This document shows positions 57,789-64,000 of a DNA stretch of 64,000 nt, in pieces. The translations under genes and the position numbers were made by a program. The stretch's first letter is position 1. Each line of letters opens with the position of its first letter. The notes beneath the pieces were generated by a model that was not told the origin of the DNA, ran no database searches, and worked only from the letters and a program-made list of their open reading frames with translations. The stretch is from Octopus vulgaris (Eukaryota): assembly GCA_951406725.2 (NCBI GenBank), contig OX597833.1, positions 17,608,001 to 17,672,000 on the forward strand, in the 5' to 3' direction.

Positions 57789-58336
57789 TGTCAAGCTCAG
57801 ATGACAATGAGTACGAACCTTCTGTTAGAAGCTTGGATATATCAGATAAGAGTGTAAATTCATCTGATAAAAATAATTTGTCTGAAAATGTAACATTTTC
57901 TCCAAAAACAGTCACCAGGAAAGGGGTAAAGAAACAGAAAAAAAAATGTCCCGGAATTTTCTTTTCTTGGCTACCTTGCTTACACAGATAAGGCAGCATG
58001 GTTAAGAAGTTCACATTGCAAACATAGGGTTTGGGGTTCAGTCCTACTGCATTACACCTTGGGCAAGTGTCTTCTACAGCCCTGGGCAGACCCATGCCTT
58101 GAGAGTGAATCTGGTAGACAGAAACTGTATGGAAGCTTGCCATATATGTGTGTTCGTGAGTGTATGTGTGTTTGTGTTTGTCCCACCACTACCACCATCA
58201 CTTGATAACCTATGTTGGTTTGCTTACATCCCCATAATATGGGGAATATGTTGAATAAAATCATAATTAACCATTCCCCTTGTATTTTCTTTTACCCAAA
58301 GCAAGGAACTTTTCAGCACCCCATCGTGTGTGTGAG

Positions 58337-58386
<50 letters not shown>

Positions 58387-58422
58387 ACCGCGTGTGTGTG
58401 TATATATATGTGTGTGTGTGAG

Positions 58423-58454
<32 letters not shown>

Positions 58455-58467
58455 ACCGCGTGTGTAC

Positions 58468-58960
58468 CGTTGGCGATTTTTTTCCCTCTGTCTTCCCCTC
58501 TCTGGATCTTTCCTTCTCCTATGTTTCTGACAAAGAGCTCCGCTCGAAACGTTAAACTCTCCTTCTTTCCTGAGCGTCCAATAATACTATATTTGTTCCA
58601 TGTCCTCGCGTTGTTGTGTTTTTTTGTGCTTTCATGTTTGGATTAACCATATATATATATAAAGTTAATCCAAACAAGAAAACACAAAAAAACACAGCAA
58701 CGCGAGGGCGTGGAACAAATATAGTATTATTAGACGCTCAGGAAAGAAGGAAAGAAGGAGGGTTTAACGTTTCGAGCGGAGCTCTTCATCAGAAACAAAG
58801 GAGAAGGAAAGATCCCGAGAAGGGAAGACAGAGGAAAAAAAATTGCTGGCAGTGCTTACAAGGTCACATGTTGAAAGAACGGAAGTTGAAAGGTAGCCGA
58901 ATCATGTTTTTTAAAAGACAGAAGAGTTTCAAAGACAGTATGGTAAGGACAAGGAATGTG
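58468..58960. mobile_element. Tail-to-tail inverted pair of Penelope-like terminal repeats separated by (TA)n
   Basis: 58468-58647 (+) and 58664-58850 (-) are reverse-complement homologs, each with a hammerhead motif. Confidence 0.82.
58762..58796 (-). ncRNA. Minimal type I hammerhead ribozyme motif
   Basis: GUUU-CUGAUGA-A-GAGC-UCC-GCUC-GAA-ACGU-U-AAAC: intact core, 4-bp stems I and II, palindromic stem III as in PLE minimal hammerheads. Confidence 0.72.
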
Positions 58961-59023
58961 TGTGGGTGTGTGCGTGCGTGAAGGTCTGCAGGTGCGCGTG
59001 TGTGTGTATGTGTGCAATGATGA

Positions 59024-59061
<38 letters not shown>

Positions 59062-59552
59062 CGTGTGTGTGTGTATATGTGTTTCAGTCATTTGACTGTG
59101 GCCATGCTGGAGCACCGCCTTTAGTTGAGCAAATCGAACCCGGGACTTATTCTTTGTAAGCCTAGTACTTATTCTATCGGTCTCTTTTGCCGAACCGCTA
59201 AGTTACAGGGACATAAACACACCAGCACCGGTTGTCAAGCGATGTTGGAGAGACAAACACAGACACACAAATGAATACACATATACATACAGATATATAT
59301 ATACATATACACGACAGGCTTCTTTCAGTTTCCGTCAACCAAATCCACCCACAAGGCTTTTGTCAGCCCGAGGCTATAGTAGAAGACACTTGCCCAAGGT
59401 GCCACATAGTGGAACTGAACCCGGAACCATGTGTTGGTAAGCCACTCCTATACCTATATCGACTAATATCTCTAAAACGGCTTTTAAAAAACTTTGTTCT
59501 AAAGATTATTTTAGGATTTATTGTATAACACACACACGCACACACACACACG

Positions 59553-59589
<37 letters not shown>

Positions 59590-59766
59590 GTATATACATG
59601 CATGCTTGCAGGAGTGTCTGTGTGTTAAGAAGCTTGGTTCCCAACCATATGGTTCTGGGTTCAGTCCCACTGCATGGTACCTTGGGCAAGTGTCTTCAGC
59701 TACACCCTCAGTCCGACCAAAACTTTGTGAGTGGATTTAGTAGAGGGAAACGGAAAGAAACCTGTC

Positions 59767-59797
<31 letters not shown>

Positions 59798-60234
59798 CAT
59801 ACATACATATAATTGTGTGTCTGTGTAAGCCCCCACCACTACCATTGCTCGACAACCGATGTTGGTGTGTTTACATCCCCGTAACTTTGCAGGTTGGCAG
59901 AAGATTCTGACAGAAGAATAAGTGCTAGGCTTACAAAGAATAAGTCCTGGGGTTGATTTGTTCGACTAAAGGCAGTGCTCCAGCATGGCCACAGTCAAAT
60001 GACTGAAACAATTAAAAGAATAAAAGAATACAATATACATATACACACACACAAACACACATACATACATATATGGCGTTAGGAAGGGCATCCAGCTGTA
60101 GAAACACTGCCAGATCTGACTGGCCTGGTGCAGCCTTCGGGCTCCCCAGACTCCAGTTGAACCGTCCAACCCATGCTAGCATGGAAAGCGGACGTTAAAT
60201 GAGGATGATGATGAGGATGATATATATATATAAA

Positions 60235-60469
60235 TTTATATAAATAAGGATAAGATCAATATTTAAATACCGATCTTATCAGGTGTCCAGCATGGGAATA
60301 AAAACCTTCAAAGGTAATAATTATTATTAAAATTATAATTTAGTGTATCTAAGAGATACCACCATGCTGGAAATAGCAGTCAAAACTTGACTCTAAAACC
60401 ACAGAGCCAAGTTTTGACTGCTATTTCCAGCGTGGTGGTATCTCTTAGATACCTTAAATTATAATTTTA
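60235..60469. mobile_element. (TA)n-embedded fold-back element (arms about 60327-60394 / 60403-60469); homolog about 22150-22405
   Basis: Direct inverted match. Shared CTGCTATTTCCAGCGTGG..TATCTCTTAGATACC.TAAATTATAATTTT. Confidence 0.78.
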
Positions 60470-60697
60470 TATATATTAAGGTATTGAGTATGTAATTTCC
60501 TTGTAAGGGATTTTTTTTAAATTCGGATATCACCTGGTGTTATCAACTATATTGAAAGAAAGTTCTGCAATATATATGGATAAACTGTCCAAGAATGTGT
60601 AAAGTTAATAAAAGAAATCTTATATGTATTACTTATTTCATCATGATACAGATAAAATTAACCAAGTATCCACTTTTCTCCATTTTTTTTCTTAATT

Positions 60698-60739
<42 letters not shown>

Positions 60740-60747
<8 letters not shown>

Positions 60748-61686
60748 AAAACACCTTTTATCAATTCAAAATGAACAATTAAATTACACCAATGCACTTA
60801 AAGGTATTCCTGATGATAGAGATGGCTTATTTGATACCATTCAACGGTCTAAAAATCATTATCAAAAGAGAGCCTATCAATGCATCAAAATGATGGTGTT
60901 GCTTTTTACACAGTAAGTTTTCCTTAATGAATTATTGCTGGGATGAAATTTTGTTTTATTTTCTGAAAATTAAGATTTCAGTAAAATTTGATTTTTCTTT
61001 CTTGCAGTGAATAAATTAATAGCTATGTATGAGGGTATTTTAAATACATTACCCCCCACTGATCATATAATAACTTTTAAGTGGAGATCAGAACTGTGTC
61101 GTAGAGATTTTGTTTGTGGTACCAGTGCCGGTGGCACATAAGAAAACCATCCGAACGTGGCCGTAGCCAGTACCGCATCGACTGGCGTCAGTGCTGGTGG
61201 CATGTAACAAACACCATCCGATCGTGGCCGTGCCAGTCTCGCCTGGCACCTGTGTCGGTGGCACATAAAAAGCACCCACTAAACTCACGGAGTGGTTGGC
61301 ATTAGGAAGGGCATCCAGCTGTAGAAACACTGCCAGATCTGACTGGCCTGGTGCAGCCTTCGGGCTTCCCAGAGCCCCAGTCGAACCGTCCAACCCATGC
61401 TAGCATGGAAAGCGGACGCTAATCGATGATGATGATATATATCAAATATATACGTTTTATTTATAATTTTGCAATTTACTTAATCATCGGTATATTATTG
61501 TTATTTTATTTTTAATATTTCTATTAAATGTAATTTTCTAGATGGTGTAATTTAATTGTTCATTTTGAATTGATAAAAGGTGGGTTTTTTCTAATTTTTA
61601 TATATATATCATATTTTGTGAAATTTGATTTAGTATTTCTAAATTGAATTTTTCTCTGTAAGTTAGGAATAATATTCCCTCAAATT
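60740..61686. mobile_element. (TA)n-embedded inverted-terminus element enclosing the USP9X fragment and a family-D retroposon
   Basis: 60740-60791 is the reverse complement of about 61543-61594. The tail TGTGAAATTTGATTT...AAATTGAATTTTT.CTGTAAGTT is shared with 62559-62620. Confidence 0.75.
60791..60918 (+). pseudogene. USP9X: Isolated USP9X/fat-facets exon fragment with splice donor
   Basis: Translates as [40 protein letters not shown], which I recognise as a conserved C-terminal segment of USP9X/faf. Followed by CA|GTAAGT. No acceptor upstream, where a repeat terminus sits instead. Confidence 0.85.
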
Positions 61687-62262
61687 ATATATATATATAC
61701 ACACACACACATACATACATGCATACAATATACATACACACATATGAAGGTTAAAAGCACATATGAGCGGGATCATTGCCAGGGACACAGATCGGCTCCC
61801 ATGCCAGTGGCATGTGAAAAGCACTATTTGAGCATGATCATTGCCAGAGTCGCCCTACTGGCACATGTGCCAGTGGCATGTTAAAAACAACGTTCGACCG
61901 TGGTCGTTGCCAGTGCCACTGGACTGGCTCCCATGCAGGTAGTACGTAAAAAACACCTTTTGAGCGTGGTCATTGCTAGAACCGCCTGACTGGCCCTTAT
62001 GCCCGTGTCACATAAAAAGCACCCACTAGACTCTCGGAGTGTTTGGCGTTAGGAAGGGCATCAAGCTGTAGAAACTTTGCCAGATCAGATTCAGCCTCTG
62101 GCTCACCAGTCCTCAGTTAAACCTTCCAACTCATGCTAGCATGGAAAGCAGATGTTAAATGATGATGATGATGACACATACATGTGTACATACAAACATA
62201 CATGCGTACACACATAGGCAGACATACACACACATCTATCAATCTATCTATATAATATATAT

Positions 62263-62622
62263 AAATTAGAGAAAAACCACTATTATGTAATTCAAACAAT
62301 GACAGACAGAAACCAAATCATAAAGAAAAAATAAAATATAAAACATATATCTAGATCACAAAAAAGTACAAAAAAAAATGAATAAACATTATATAATATA
62401 TATAATATATATGTTTATTCATTTTTTGGTACTTTTTGTGATTTAGTTATATGTTTTATAATATATTTTATTTTTCTATATATGGTTTATGTCTATCCTT
62501 GTTTGAATTACATAACAGTGTTTTTTCTCTAATTTATATATATATTATATATTTATATTGTGAAATTTGATTTAATGCTAAATTGAATTTTTCCCTGTAA
62601 GTTTGGAGTTATACTCCCTAAT
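62263..62622. mobile_element. (TA)n-embedded AT-rich fold-back element (arms about 62263-62390 / 62410-62536)
   Basis: Imperfect inverted arms. Same tail as the 60740-61686 element. Confidence 0.72.
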
Positions 62623-63028
62623 ATGATATATATCATCATCATCATCATCGTTTAACGTCCGTTCTCCATGCTAGCATGGGTTGGACGGTTCGACCAGGGA
62701 TCTGGGAAGCCAGAAGGCTGCACCAGGCTCCAGTCTTATCTGGCAATGTTTCTACAGCTGGATGCCCTTCCTAACGCCAACCACTCCGTGAGTGTAGTGG
62801 GTGCTTTTTACGTGCCACCTGCACAGGTGCCAGGCGAGGCTGGCAACGGCCACGGTCAGATTGGTGCATTTTACGTGCCACCGGCACGGAAGCCAGGCGA
62901 GGCGGCGCTGGCATCGGCCATGAGTTGGGTAGTGCTTTTTACGTACCACCAGTCCAGGGGTCCTGGCATCTGCCGGGTGCCAGTCATAGGATTTCGATTT
63001 CACTTGCCCCAACATGTCTTCGCAAGCA

Positions 63029-63079
<51 letters not shown>

Positions 63080-63318
63080 TACACAACCAATAAAAATACA
63101 TTTAGAAAGTTAAATTTTTAGTTTCTTGAATAACATACTGATTTTGTTTTCAGACACATTGCTTCAAAGTTTTAAATTACCGGTCACTGTACCTGGAATT
63201 AATTACAAATGCAACATAAATTCACCATTTTGAAAGTACAAAAACCAAAACATTTTAAAGAATTCGTTAGCAACAAACAACAACTCAGTGATTTCTTATC
63301 CGGTAAAAATGTACAAAC

Positions 63319-63997
63319 CTCCATAGAGTTGAATTATCCGTACTTGTTTAGTTGTGCCATAAACATCAACTATGGCGTATAAAGGACCATCTTGATATGG
63401 TATATTTTTGGCACAAGGTCCTTGATCCAGTCCATTGATAATAAAATGCATCTCAGCGCGGTCATCATTTACTACATACATGATACCTATTCGACTGCCA
63501 ACATCAGTCGGCAAGATACTTCCCTTTTTTGGAATACAATAGCCATTTTTACGCTCCATAGGGAACCGTACGGGTAACAGAAGGCTACGACTAAAAGTAC
63601 CACGCGGAGTTTGAATTAAGTCTTCGTTTCCCACAACAGGTTGGTATGGTTCGGTAGATTGATCCTCATCAATTTCAATGTTCCCAGTGAAAATACGATT
63701 GTGAGATTTATTCACAGCATAGATCCATGATTTGCCCATGTTAGCAAGATCCGGTAGAGCATACTGCGGTAATTTGAAATGGTTACGTGGATCGAATTGT
63801 GTTAGACCAATACGTAGGTGACCACTCCATCCACGCTCTGTCTTTTCAATTTCCACAAGGAAGATCTCTCCTGGTTTTAGAGGTTCTTCACTAAATGTCA
63901 GTGCATGGGCAAAACTAGTTTTACGGTAAGCCACCAGATTTTCATGAAATAATTGAATATTTTCCCCATGATAGGGATGAAATCGAGTTGGAGGCAT
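63319..63997 (-). CDS. NEURL2: Neuralized-like protein 2 (Ozz-E3-like), coding exon 1, NHR domain
   Basis: [17 protein letters not shown]...[39 protein letters not shown]...GSRIG...MHFIING.DQGP...[22 protein letters not shown] is a recognisable NHR domain. Start context AAAATG. Donor G|GTTTGT after 63319 (phase 1). Confidence 0.92.
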
Positions 63998-64000
63998 TTT

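Noticed and set aside
57789-57991. Acidic ORF MSSSDDNEYEPS...
   Set aside because: It may be a transposase N-terminal remnant, but no diagnostic motif supports a call.
60810-60816. CTGATGA as a hammerhead core
   Set aside because: It falls in the USP9X codons P-D-D, and no stem II-GAAA follows.
60990-61030. TTTCTTGCAG as acceptor of the next USP9X exon
   Set aside because: The spliced frame hits a stop after two codons and shows no USP9X similarity.

Overview
Eukaryotic, AT-rich, microsatellite-dense genomic DNA. The SINE, MITE and microsatellite repertoire looks like octopus or another coleoid cephalopod (inference). One protein-coding gene is well supported: a two-exon NEURL2/Ozz-like gene on the minus strand (NHR exon 63997-63319, SOCS-box exon 50027-49912, phase-1 intron of about 13.3 kb, 264 aa). 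The rest is tRNA-derived SINEs, decayed LINEs (CR1/L2-like, RTE, Tx1-like), Tc1/mariner, hAT and piggyBac-type MITEs, non-autonomous Helitrons and simple repeats. Nearly all listed ORFs are microsatellite or repeat artefacts. The most interesting signal is a recurring set of short elements inserted in (TA)n runs. Most have a fold-back shape, with a long arm plus a shorter inverted copy, and several carry hammerhead-ribozyme cores, suggesting Penelope-like or retrozyme-like elements. One encloses an apparently captured USP9X/faf exon-plus-intron fragment. Another forms a 2.3-copy 843/844-bp tandem array with hammerhead parts in a non-canonical order. Coordinates were read by eye, repeat boundaries are approximate, and no database searches were run.
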